A stretch of 64,000 nt of DNA from Leucoraja ocellata (Eukaryota). The stretch spans positions 372,001 through 436,000 of the forward strand of contig JAWMAR010000009.1 in the NCBI GenBank assembly GCA_036785375.1. Reading direction: 5' to 3'. The notes under the pieces were generated by a model. It made no database searches, was not told the DNA's origin, and saw only the letters and a list, made by a program, of their open reading frames with translations. This document shows positions 13,515-25,555 of this stretch, one piece after another. The number at the start of each line of letters is the position of its first letter. Positions within the stretch are counted from its first letter, which is position 1. Made by a program: the position numbers and the translations under genes.

Positions 13515-14190
13515 ACAAAGGCAATGGAAAATTCCACCAAGGACCAGGTTTGGACAGCTGGAAGCAGCCCGGGATTGGCAGATGCTGGTGGATGTGGACC
13601 AATGGCTTACAGTTTCATCAGAGATAGCCATCACCAACTTGAGGCCTGATCTTGTGCTCTGGTCGAACTCTCAGTGCATGGTGTATTTTGTGGAGCTCAC
13701 AGCCCCTTGGGAGGATGCTGTGCAGGAAGCCTGCGAAAGAAAGAAACTGCGATATACAGAGCTTGCAGCGGAGGCAGAACAGCGGGGCTGGAGAACTAAG
13801 ATCTGCCCGGTAGAAGTTGGATGTCGAGGATTCGTGGCGACATCTACCTTACGACTGATGAAGGACCTGGGGATCAGTGGAGAAGCCCTACGCCAGGCCA
13901 TCAAAGAAACATCACGGGTGGCAGAGCGGAGTAGCCAGTGGCTCTGGCTGAAGAGGAAAGACCCCATTTGGTCTCCCAAATAACCAACCAGACAGATGCA
14001 GAGGGGGGTGGTTCTGGGATGCCAGAATGCACCGCTGAGCCTACTGGAGACGTTGTGGGTTCAATCAGCGAAACGTCGATGAAAGTAGGTGCCCACTTGA
14101 TAATCCAATGACATGTCTGCCTAGCCTTTCTCAACATCGGAGGAGCGTAGGTGAGTGCAGAAGGCTCCCATCACCATCGGGAGTAAATTG
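13515..14190 (+). mobile_element. RLE-type (R2-group, HERO-like) non-LTR retrotransposon 3' fragment: restriction-like endonuclease domain and 3'UTR
   Basis: ORF 13582-13983: LRPDLVLWS...VELTAPWED...ERKKLRY..L...GWRTKICPVEVGCRGFV...WLWLKR, a PD-(D/E)xK-type RLE signature. Confidence 0.85.
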
Positions 14191-14539
14191 ATATTTGTCA
14201 CTTTGGACTTTTAACATCTAATCTGTGTATTTGTAAACATCCTACTATCACTACGCAACTCATTTGAAGCCAACTTCTAAAATCACCATGTCCCATATTC
14301 AATAACGTGTGCAATTGGATGTATCGGCAACACTACATTATGGGGCTGAGGGGGGCAAGGGATTGGATCCCTACAAAAGGGTCTGCCTGTATTGGAATTT
14401 TCCATGACCTGCACATGTGTCAAGCAGCACAAATTGAAAAAGTGATTTACACTTTCTGTGAGGAGTAATTATTCAAGCAGCTGGAACACAGGAGTTGCCT
14501 ATAAACAAAACATTCAAGCGATAGTTTAAATATACATAC

Positions 14540-14683
14540 CCTCAGTAACTCTTTATCTCCAGGTTCTTTTATAAACATCCCTTCAATTTCTTGATTTATT
14601 GCTTCCAAGCTGTTCCTAAGTCGTGGAATTAACTTTGTGATTGCAAGGTTTGCTGGTAAAATCGGTACAAACTTGGAAGTTCC
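14540..14683 (-). CDS. FAM117A: FAM117A coding exon 5 (GTSKFVPILPANLAITKLIPRLRNSLEAINQEIEGMFIKEPGDKELLR)
   Basis: Resembles FAM117A SLEGLNQELEEVFVKE...ELLR; acceptor cttcaaaag|, donor AGG|gtatgt; 144 nt, phase 0-0 (the acceptor is the less certain end). Confidence 0.88.
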
Positions 14684-15377
14684 CTTTTGAAGATCAATGT
14701 AATGCAATTAAAAACAACAAAAATTCAATGAAAAAAATAATGTTTACAGTTTTAAAGAGCACACACCAATAGAATAATTAACTTATTTGCAGGCATTATT
14801 AACTTACTTATAGACAAATTTGAACTTTCGAAAAAATTCTCACAGGATAAACCTGTGTTTAATCATAGCTCCATAATCTAAATGATTCACAACTATGTTG
14901 AGATACTCAAAATAGTCCTGAATACAAGAGCATATCATATAAATATCATTAAATAAACCACGAAAAGGTAAAATATTGCTGGAATTATGTGGACTGATTG
15001 ATGTGGAAACATTTCTAAAGATTACAGTAGGTAAATAGTAAATAGAAATGGGGTCATCAATACACTTCTCCCTTATGCAATGCTTGTATATATATTTTTC
15101 TGAAAAGCAAACTAAAGATCTCCTGTATTTCAGCAATCAATATTCAAGACCAAGTTCAGACAATTAAAACTGGCAGAATGCTTTGTTCCCCCCAATACAC
15201 ATTTTAAGATGTTTGCAAATCAGTACGATTCAAACTGGAAAACCATATTTAAGGCATACAATTGGTCCCTTGTCTATGGAGATTGATCTAGGTTACAGTA
15301 GATTTAAATAAAGCTTAGTTAAACTCTAAATCACTATCATACAGTCAAAGTCCATTTGACAAGGAATTGCATCTTAC

Positions 15378-15494
15378 TTGCTGTACTAAACCCATGGCAG
15401 TATGATCTCCGTGCAGTGGCGACTGTCGTTCTTTGTCTCTGCCGTGCTGCTTGGTGAGTTTGGTGCGCTGGAGTTGCTGTCTGAGCTTTGCAAT
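15378..15494 (-). CDS. FAM117A: FAM117A coding exon 4 (IAKLRQQLQRTKLTKQHGRDKERQSPLHGDHTAMGLVQQ)
   Basis: Family coiled-coil motif IAKLRQQLQR; acceptor ctcaccag|, donor CAA|gtaaga; 117 nt, phase 0-0. Confidence 0.95.
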
Positions 15495-15719
15495 CTGGTG
15501 AGATGACACAAAGGAAAATATTAAAATTCTTAATTTCTTACTTTGTGTGGACACTCACCTGCTGAATATATTCAAAACAGAAAACAAATCCATTTTGAAT
15601 ATTAAATGGAACTAAGGAATACATTCAAGGAAAAAAGGAATTAAGATCGAAGACCAGGTATAATCGTATTGGTATACAGGAACCGAGACACAATTGGGAG
15701 ACTTGGGAGAGGAAAATTA

Positions 15720-16150
15720 GGACAAAGCATGGCAGGTTAATAGGTGAACACATGCAAGGGGGGTTTGACAGGCAGATGGTTGGAACAAAGGTCAGAAGGT
15801 GCAAGAAAGACAGAACGAAGAGTTGAAAATTGTGAAGCCAGAAAAAATGTAGTGGGGGTGGGGAGGAAGAGATATAGGTGGGAATCCAGGTGTGATTCAG
15901 AGTCTCCATAGACATGCGACCAATAATATGCCTTAAAATTGGTTCTCCAGTTTGGGTCATACTGTTCTTCTAAAGGGGCGGGAAGGGGTTGGTGTTAGAG
16001 GTAGCTTAAAATTGGAGAATTCAACGTACAGTAGGCAATATCATGAATACCAAATGCAGTATACAAGGTTAAAGGAGGTGCACATTAACCTGTCACACCT
16101 AGAAGAACAGCTGGGGTCCTTGGATGGAAGCAGGAAAAGGAGGAGGGAGA
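15720..16150 (-). mobile_element. Degenerate Penelope-like fragment
   Basis: Partial matches to the 38173-38880 copy (ttggagaattcaa; ggaggtgcacattaacctgtcacacctagaag..ggggtccttggatgga). Confidence 0.55.
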
Positions 16151-18188
16151 AGTGATGTCATTCTTTGCTTGTATTATGAAAGTCAACAAGCTGCTATGGA
16201 TTTCACAGCTGTAGTATGTTGAAGCAATTATGTGATTATATTGGAACATACTTTAGCCAAATTTACTGGTTAGACTGCACAATCTGGGCAATTTTGACAA
16301 GTTTAACAACATGGTGATATATAACAACACTGAAATTCTACTTTAAAATACCATGTTCCATAAGACATTCAAGCTTAACTTTTCACTTTTTAAAGCTTGG
16401 CTTGTATGTGGCAAAACATTTCAAAAGGTAATGGCTAACAGGAACTCAATATTAAATTTTTTGTTGACGCATATTCAAAACGTACAAAAACAAATGTCAT
16501 TGAAACTTTTGTATTTATGACAGATGATAAACTGGATTGAAGGGTGATGACAATGCAGAATAGGGAACATGCTGTCGTGCAAATACAATGAACCAGCTTG
16601 AAATGTTTAAAAACAAATTGACCCTTTTCAATTTGCCCTCGGGAATCCCACTTGATCTTCCCTCCAACAAGGTTTCCAAACAAGTTTTTAACTTTGGAAT
16701 TATAATTGCAAGCAGCAGGGCGACCACAAAGGGTTTTAATAAGAGCTTAACCAATCTTATCGCTCACTATAGTTTGTCCTTGTTCATAACAATAACAAAA
16801 TAACCACAAATGTTTTCAGTTGAAGCTAAAAATTAAAAATCAGTGGAAATTTGCTGCATTCCATGTACATTGCATTTTATATGGTTCAAGAGTTTATAAA
16901 CCATCAAAGTGCATTGAAGTACTTCTGAAAGATATTTGCTGTAGAAATGTGGTAGAGGAATCACATTCTCACAAGCCACCACAAGTGACCAGATAACAGC
17001 ATTCTGATTGTGGATAAAATATGGAATCCGACACCATGGAATTCCCATAATCATTTTCAAATAGTGTTATGAATATCCTGTTTCTAACCAAGAGGGCAGA
17101 CATGTTTCAGATGAAAGTTGGCACTCAACTGTGAGCAGTTCCTCTACATTGCGTTGAAGCCTCAGTGCCAATTACAGGCTCCAGCTTCTAAACTGGAGCT
17201 AGAGCCCATAATAAGATGGATCAAAAACCAGGCTGGCATTGCAAGGTCAAGGCTTTGATTTTAATTTGCATGCTAGTCAAATACATTTCCACTCCCATCA
17301 CCAGACCTCAAAGATTAAGGTACATTGCTGTCTGCGAGTGGAAGGAATTGGAAATTAAAAAAAAAAAATGCAAGTATTGGCCATTTGGACCTTCAGATTT
17401 TAAGAATCTGGATTCCCAATAGCTGTGCATCAATAACAACAATGACAAAACTCAAAAGTGTTTAGTGCACAATCAGAATATATGCAATAATTTATTCAAT
17501 AATTTACCAATCTAAATATTACTTTGCTTTACTTTAAGATAATTTCATTTCAGAAGATGTTGACCATCTTCCATATTACATCACAAGCAGAAAATTCCCA
17601 ACAGAGCATGTTGGCTCCAACCTGCGAAACATCTGCAGCCTCATCTTTCCTCAACTCTCAAACATTCCAAAGTGCTTTACTATATATTTTGAAAGTACAG
17701 TCATTGCCAGTAAAAAAAAAAGTTATCTTCAAAGTTAGTCACTAAGAGGAAACATTTTTAATATCATTTTTAATCTATCGCAAAAGAATGGGTTTAGCAT
17801 CACAAAGGTAACTTGTTTTGTGCCAAATTTGATGCTTTCCATAAGATAATTCCTATCATAGAAAGTTGGGTGACTGGTTATTTATATAATTTTCCTGTTT
17901 TTCCAGTTAGTGTGAGATCAAGGGATAATACAAGAGAGCATTATTATACCATTATTATTATTCCCATTTTTGTAGTGGTTATTTGCCCTCCACAGCACAC
18001 ATTTTGAGAGGGGGAAAACAGCTCTGAAGAACCACATTCTATTGTTATTTCTCCCAAACCTGACAACATTTTCAATTTTCAAATATATTTTGTTTCTAAC
18101 TCGAGCTGGTATGGTCAAGTGTTGCACAGTGTGCAACCAGGTGACCAAAGTCATTTAACCAAGATCCCCACAGGTATAACAGCATTCA

Positions 18189-18341
<153 letters not shown>

Positions 18342-20501
18342 TTAAACTAAATTATGCTTTTTAAAAAACAGTCTCCATTACCACACAAGAGCAAAGCTGG
18401 ATTCAATTACTATTTCAAAACTATTTTCATTGTTTAGTACTGGTACTTGCAGTAGATGCAACAAACTCAACATTATCATTACTATAGTTATAAAGAGGGG
18501 ATATTGAAATACTCCGAACAGGTTATAGCTAATATATATTCAAACTTAATTATTAACATTAATTTGTTTAATTAACAATGATTTGTATTTTTCTGTAATA
18601 ACCCAGAGACATCGTCAAGGCCAGCACAAATTTGTATGAAATTAAAAAAAAAGTAAGCTGTTTGTCAAGTTTGAACACATCCAAAACACCAAAAATCAAC
18701 ATTTTTTCAAGCAATGGTTATACCTCAGATGAAATTTTAGCACCAGCTGCATTTAGAGGTAGTTAGAACAGAGACAGTTGCCATTATTATAGAATCTCAA
18801 TGTGCCGGATAAGAGATGCAGTTTCATGGACTATACACTCATATCGCCAGCATTGTTCCTAATTACAAAAAATTCTACCAGAAATACAGGGCAAGGTTGG
18901 GCAAATGTAAATGTAATGAACAGCAAGTCCCATTTATTTGGCTGCAGAGAGGTATTTTTGACAGAATGGAATGCCAGCTTTTTACTACTACACTTGTACA
19001 TCAATGCATGCTTCATACAAATCTTAGCAAGGAATGAAAATTAAATATTGCAAAAATCATTAGAAGATTGTTATGATTGCAAAAAAAACAAAAAAAAAAC
19101 ATGACTGCTGAAAGTACAAAGAATAAATGTTAAGCCGGTTAGCCTGCTTCTTTAAGTCAAGTGATCGATACAATTTCGCTTGGAGTAGATTAATAAACGA
19201 GCTCTTGGAGCTGTTGCATAGAATTGCACATTTTAACTACCATTAAGGACATCAACATCTAGAAGGTCAACCCTTGGATTAAGGGAAATGACTGCAATAC
19301 CAGTTACTTTAGACCATCTTTTACATAACAATTTCCGCTCCCAAAGTCTTTTTGTGTACTTTGTAATAAGATAGCAATGAAGCTAGAAAACACCTGATGA
19401 AAAGTAAGTGTTCCCCCCCCCCCCCCTTAGTGTTTTGTGAGATCTAATAGTTGTAGTGTACACAATGACACGAGAAAACCTTTTAATACTGCATTTCGGA
19501 AGGTTCCAGAGCTATCAAACCAAGAACCGAACCAAACTTGCATTTACTAATAGTTTATGATGTCATTTTTATATAACTGTACATCTTGAACATTCCATAT
19601 TAGAGTTGAAAATGTACAATTCTTTTTTTAATGGGAAAACATTCTGATGAAAAGAGGGAGGAAGAAACAAGGCCTTGTTTCTACAATTGGCTGCTCAGAG
19701 TTAAAGCTATTGTTTCCATACCAAACCAGATTCAGAATAACAGAAAACAATATAACTAAGTCACATTCAGAAATATTCAATCTAAAAAATAAAAAAAAAT
19801 GGTTCAGCTAAGGCCAATTATCAGATTATCCCCCAGAAAATACAGCTGCCAAATCCAGGCCATTATAGACACATACTACAGAAAGCAAAGCATTGTATAC
19901 ATCATAAATACACATCAGCATTAACTACAAAACTCTACCTCACACCCTTCAATTGATAATTGGAGAAGCAACTACAGATCGAAGCAGATGACCATAGGGC
20001 AAAACAGATGCCATGACTTCTATGATGAGACTTGCTGGTACACAAAGACCACTGGATATGGGCCAAATGGCATGCACAACGGTTAGCCCATTCTAGCTAA
20101 CACAAAGCTTAGAAATGGATTTAAAGAGAATAGCAAATCAAAGACCATAATATTGACGCCAACCCTTGGCTGTTCAGTTCAAATCAACTAATTACCATTG
20201 TTCCCTAATTCTCAGGTTCATCCCACTTACTGTCGATTTGATCCTTTCCAATTTCCCCTTTTCCACTACTTCCCTTGTCCCATGCAGACGCCTTTGCAGC
20301 TCCCTGCAAAAAATCAGATCCCAGCATAGTTCATCGTATAAGCCACTGCAAGAAATGGACACCAAGGTACTTGGAAACGTATTCTCATGAAAGTCATGTC
20401 TTGAGAATCCGGTACAATGGAGCTTAATAGCAAGCGAACACATCCTAAGCACAAGTTCATTATAATGCTCAGATCAGACCCAGATAAGAGTTGCACTAAA
20501 C

Positions 20502-20679
20502 ACAAGGACACAAAGTGCTGGGGTAACTCAGTAGGTCAGGCAGTATTTCTGGAGAACATGGATAGGTGATGTTTTGGGTCAAGACCCTTCTTCCAGAAAT
20601 GCTACCCGACCTGCTGAGTTACTCCAGCATTGGGTACGTGTGTATTAGCCAGCATCTGTAGTTCTTCGTTTCTACAACC
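20502..20679. mobile_element. Fold-back Penelope-derived short element with 8-bp TSD
   Basis: tgctggggtaactcagtaggtcagg ... cccgacctgctgagttactccagca inverted arms; cactaaac on both sides. Confidence 0.7.
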
Positions 20680-23600
20680 ACTAAACCTGTCCCATTTCTA
20701 GCTCTAGTATTGATCAACATGCATCGTTTGCATTTGCCTTATTTCTTCATGGTGGTAAACTCCATATTCTAATGACTCTGGATGAAGGGTTCTGGCCAAA
20801 TTTGCCATTTTATTTTAATGGGCATTGCTTCCAATTCTGGTTTTACCCTCCAAATGCAAAACAATTGCTGCACCTCTCTGCTATCAGTTGCATTCTGCAT
20901 TGAAGAACTGCCAAGTTACTTCTTGCACATTTCACTTGGAGATTTCATTTTGTTTATATTCTTCTCAATATATAAAACCACAGCCCAGTTACTATTCCAG
21001 AGAACGTTATTTTTGCACCTGCAATGCCTTTTATGCCATTTGCATGGAAATTGTAAGTGCCCATTGCACTCCAATGCATTTTAACTACAGTTCTTTATGT
21101 TAAGCTTCAAGTTTTTTTGACAAAGACCCAATTATCTGCTTTGTTACTTTTATGGTTTGCATGTGTACTCGTCGTAACTCATTATTACATTTCATGAAGT
21201 ATGTGGTCTCGTTACTCCTCGCTAAACATACCACCTCAAATTGAAACCAATTTCTGCACACGTCAAGAAATAGAGTGTCACATTCAAATGTAAATCTCAA
21301 ACAAATGAAATGCTGGGGACTTCATCTGTTTTAGCTTTACTGCAAATTGTAGGCCATCTTCAATTGCACAATGCTTTGTTTGTACCTCAAGTAGCCTTAT
21401 TCTCAAAGCCTGCCAGCATCAGTTAAAGAGTAAAAGTATAATATTCCAATCTTCATTTGCACATGAAATAAGTAAAAGAACACTGAAAGGATAATTCAGA
21501 CAATGAGCAAATGATCAGGGCTTAAAACCTAATACCTTTTCTGGATCAAAGAGAGTCAGAAGTCCACTTGGCACAAATGAACTGAAATAACCAAGAATCC
21601 TGTACCTAGCAACTGTTACCACCTTTCTAAACCCATAATCCCCTGTGATTAATGCATTTGTACAGTTAAACTGTAAAGTCTATTCTCACAAATCGCCATA
21701 GAAATATCAGATTTGAAAACCTATTATAATTGTACCCCTTCCAATTTTGAACAGGACAGATGTGAGATTCATCTCCTGACACCCTAAAGCCTTTCCATTA
21801 CCCACATTGTCAAATTGTATAATGTGTGTTCTTTATACCCTTTCTGGCTTAATCCCTCCCTTCACCACCTCCAGTTTAAATTCCAGTTGGAATATTTTGG
21901 AGGACCAAGTAACCAAGAACCGAGGTTAATTCCCAGAATGGCGGGACTCATTGCATTGGAATACCATTCCCATCGCTAGCAAAAGCAATTTCTCAAAAAC
22001 AGGTAACTCGGCCTCCCGGAGGAAATTAGAACCACATATTACTGGCACACCAAATTATTTATTCCCCCCTCGACTGGTGCAGAGACCGCAGTGTGCCATT
22101 CACAAAATGCACCACAGTTCCTGACAAGAGCACTCTTACCTCCACCTATGAGGACATTGGCATGGGAACGCCACTGCCTAGTTTCCTCTGTCAACTTGGC
22201 AAAATAACACAATTCCTTCATCATTGAAGTCCCTGCTCTACAGCACTGGAGTATTTTCACTTGGACTGCAGTAGTTCATGATAACTGGCCTTACAGCATC
22301 ACTCACAGCTTTCTATATCCACACCCACAAAAATTAAATTATGAACAAAATGCAATTTTCCACCAGCAGGTTCAAGCCTTTCACCACAGCAATTATATAC
22401 TCAAGGGTACTCGATGAGCAGACTGTTCCTAGTCCCAGCACCTTTCACCCGATGTCAAGTCACATTCCTTAAATATTGCATTATCTGAATGGTTCAGGTG
22501 AGTCACTAAACAAAGAGTGTGTTAGATTATGGGCAAAACGTATTAAATGACATTAAGGCAAAGACACCAAATAAACTCTTTCCATATGCAGAAATATTTA
22601 CAGATACTAAGCCTTCCTTGAGGTACTGAGCATCACAAAATTATCTGTGGAACACAAATTATAGGCCTTGAACATTTTTTTTGGGGGGGTCTAAAATAAA
22701 CACCTTTAAACAGTTGTTTCCTTTCCCCTCTATACCCCAAAAAGCTCTGGGAACATTTTAAAGTGATCCCCACAATTTACCAGAAAGTGGAACAAAACGT
22801 TCTATAAAATGCATAACTTATAATTAATAGTATTTCTATTCACATGCATTTTCAACACATTAAATTTCATAATTTCTTGCTCAGTATTTCAGAATTGGTT
22901 ATGAGAGCAAATAAGTACACAAACCACAAAAAAAGTTCCAACGTTAAAGGATGTGGGCAATAAGACAAGCATGCCTATATTTAAAATCGACATTGGTTAA
23001 GTAGGCCATTTAACAGTCACCTCCTGATATGCCCTGATAATACTTTAGCTTTTGTGCTGACGAGCTTTACAAATTTTGCAATGTGGCCAAACTCTTCAGA
23101 AACAGAAACATCCAGTTAAGTTATGGTGAAGACTGTTTATTTGGTAACAGAACGAGTTGAGGGCACAAACTATTTTGGGTTGTCTTAGCCCCATTGACTT
23201 ACAGCAATTTTAAACTCTAGTCTATGGGGGAAAGTTACTATAGGCAATAAAACTGGGAATAGAGAGCACACCAGGTTATTTTTGACATCTCCTGCAAGAT
23301 TTTCTTCTTGGTCCAGGTAACAGGTCAACAAAAGAAAAAACACCACACAAAAAAGCTCCTGCGCAGCCAGTTTCAGCCATCCAACTATTTTCATCACGTA
23401 GTTGATCTGACATTCCACTACTTTGTGTTTTGTGCTCTCGTGGCCTAATTCAGCTTAAAACTTAAAGTTCCCTTTAGAGGAAGACACTCTGTAAAGGTGT
23501 TAATACAATATAATGGAGAGGCTGTCGGAATCTAAAGGTGCAACATTACCAACACTGTAATAATCCTGAAGGTGTACAAACTGATTAGTGTGAAATACAA

Positions 23601-25061
23601 GCAGAGACCATAAAATATACATTAAGCTTTAATGGGTCATATGATAGTCTGGAAGACTGGAACATGTCTTGAATGTTTTGCTCCTCAAATTGTATTAACC
23701 TTTTTGCAATGGTGTATAAAGATGGGCCATAAAGATGAGTCAGTGCGGGAATGGGTTGCACAAAGTCGCAGAATTAAAGCAACATGTGACAAGCAACTCA
23801 GAGGGGGACTCCTGCAGACGGAACCCAATTGTTTTGTAAAGTAATCATCCACTGATGTTTGTTTTCTCCAGGAGGCTGCATGCAGTGCACTAGAATGGGA
23901 AAAGTGCAAGCAAATTGCTGATCATGTGGAAGAAAAAATGTTGGACCCCCAGGTGAAAGAGAAGAGGTGAAAGCCTGGGTGTTGCATTTTATGCAGCTGC
24001 ATGGTAATGCAGCCTGCCATAATGCATTTTGCTATGCAGGGTACCACATCAAGAATTCCAATAAAATAGCATTTACAAAATACAATGGAATATGAATAGA
24101 AACAAATGCTTCCTCCAATTCCTTGTTTAAACTCTGCATAACTCCCTTTAATCAACCAGAGAAAGAAAAACAAAATGAATTTCACTTTCCAGTCAAGGCT
24201 TGGAAAATAAGTAATTTAAAATTTGCAATGGAAAATGCAGTTTCAAAGTCAAGATTGTTGAGGTGGCTAGTTGTTGCTTTCTGCAACACTCCTAACCTGC
24301 TAGAGAACTTCTATAATTATTGTTTGACTGGTCCTTCTATGATACAACAGAAAGTGGCCTCAATACATCCGTGGCCCAGAAAAGCACCATTTTGGGCTGT
24401 TAGTCCTCTAGACTAATGCCAATTGTAAATCAGCATCTGTAGTTCTTGTGTCTCCATTTTAAGTACAAAATGGTAAAACTACCCCCATACAAAGGTACAA
24501 GAGTTTACTTGTTTAGACCCAGAGTTCAAAGTACACTTGCAAGCTTATTCAGACAAGATCACTACATCCTGAAAGCAGGAAAAGAAACAAAATGGTGGTA
24601 AGAATTTGACTCCAAAGATCAGCTCTTCCATTTTTCCATGCGACACGCATGCTAACTCATTCAACTACTGGAGCCAGCGCTTGGTGAAAGTACTTAATTC
24701 TTCAAGTCAGTTTTCTAATCTAGGTGAAAAGGATCATATGACATAAGTTACTGCCGTGTTCCTCGACACATTCTTTCAACAATCATTCTACTCTTCATCC
24801 ACTAACCAAAAGCCATTACCTGCATATTCAAAACCATGAAGATGACAGCAACAATTATACCATTTTGTTTTACATTAAGTAGTTTTAACCACATGTTATG
24901 TATTTGCTTCTGTCAAATGATTCACCACTGGTAAAACCAAATCATTTTACCTCTATCATATACATAAGCAGTACATGTTTCTGCAAAATTTAGTTGGTGC
25001 CTCAATTCTTGGTTCAAGTCTTAGCGGCTACCATTGCAGCTACTTAATGTCAACTGGATTT

Positions 25062-25555
25062 CAATACAATACAATACCATTTATTTGGTTTCTGCAGTCA
25101 TACAAGAAAAGAACCAAGACACACACCAACACAATTTACACAAACATCCATCAGTGAATCTGCTCCACAATGTGCTGGAAGGCAAAGTCTTGTCTCTCCC
25201 CTGCTCTCCATTCTTCTCCCGATGTCAAAGCCCCCAGTGGGCGCTAGCAAGTCCGCGGCCATTTAATCCACGCCGGGCGATGCAAGGCCCTGCTCCGGGT
25301 CTTGATGTTGGAGCCCCCGGCGGGCGCTAGCAAATTCCGCGGCTGTTTAAGCCGTGCCGGGCAATGTAAGGCCCCGCTCCAGGTCACTTTCAACCCCGCA
25401 ATTCGGGTGGGAGAAGTTGCCGTTGCTGGTGCTCCGCTAAGAGGTCTCCCACCGGGGACCCGCAAGCTCCCGGTGTCACCATCCACCGGAGTCGGGTCGC
25501 AGCAGTGCGCCATCACAGCTCTCCACGCTCCGAAGCCGGCCAGCTTCAGCTCAGG
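25062..25555 (-). mobile_element. Unclassified GC-rich retroposon with internal ~83-bp tandem duplication
   Basis: Minus strand ends AATAAA...(GTATT)n; CpG-rich body; gggcgctagcaa..ccgcggc...ccggg units at ~25239 and ~25322. Confidence 0.55.

Noticed and set aside
14040-14096. Hammerhead or SAM-I riboswitch reading of the RLE 3'UTR
   Set aside because: CUGGAGA breaks the CUGANGA core, and the SAM-binding P1/P3 nucleotides are not evident; only the k-turn/pseudoknot architecture is retained as a finding
23700-24080. Possible Harbinger transposase remnant
   Set aside because: Only a vague IMHFAMQG resemblance; no catalytic motifs
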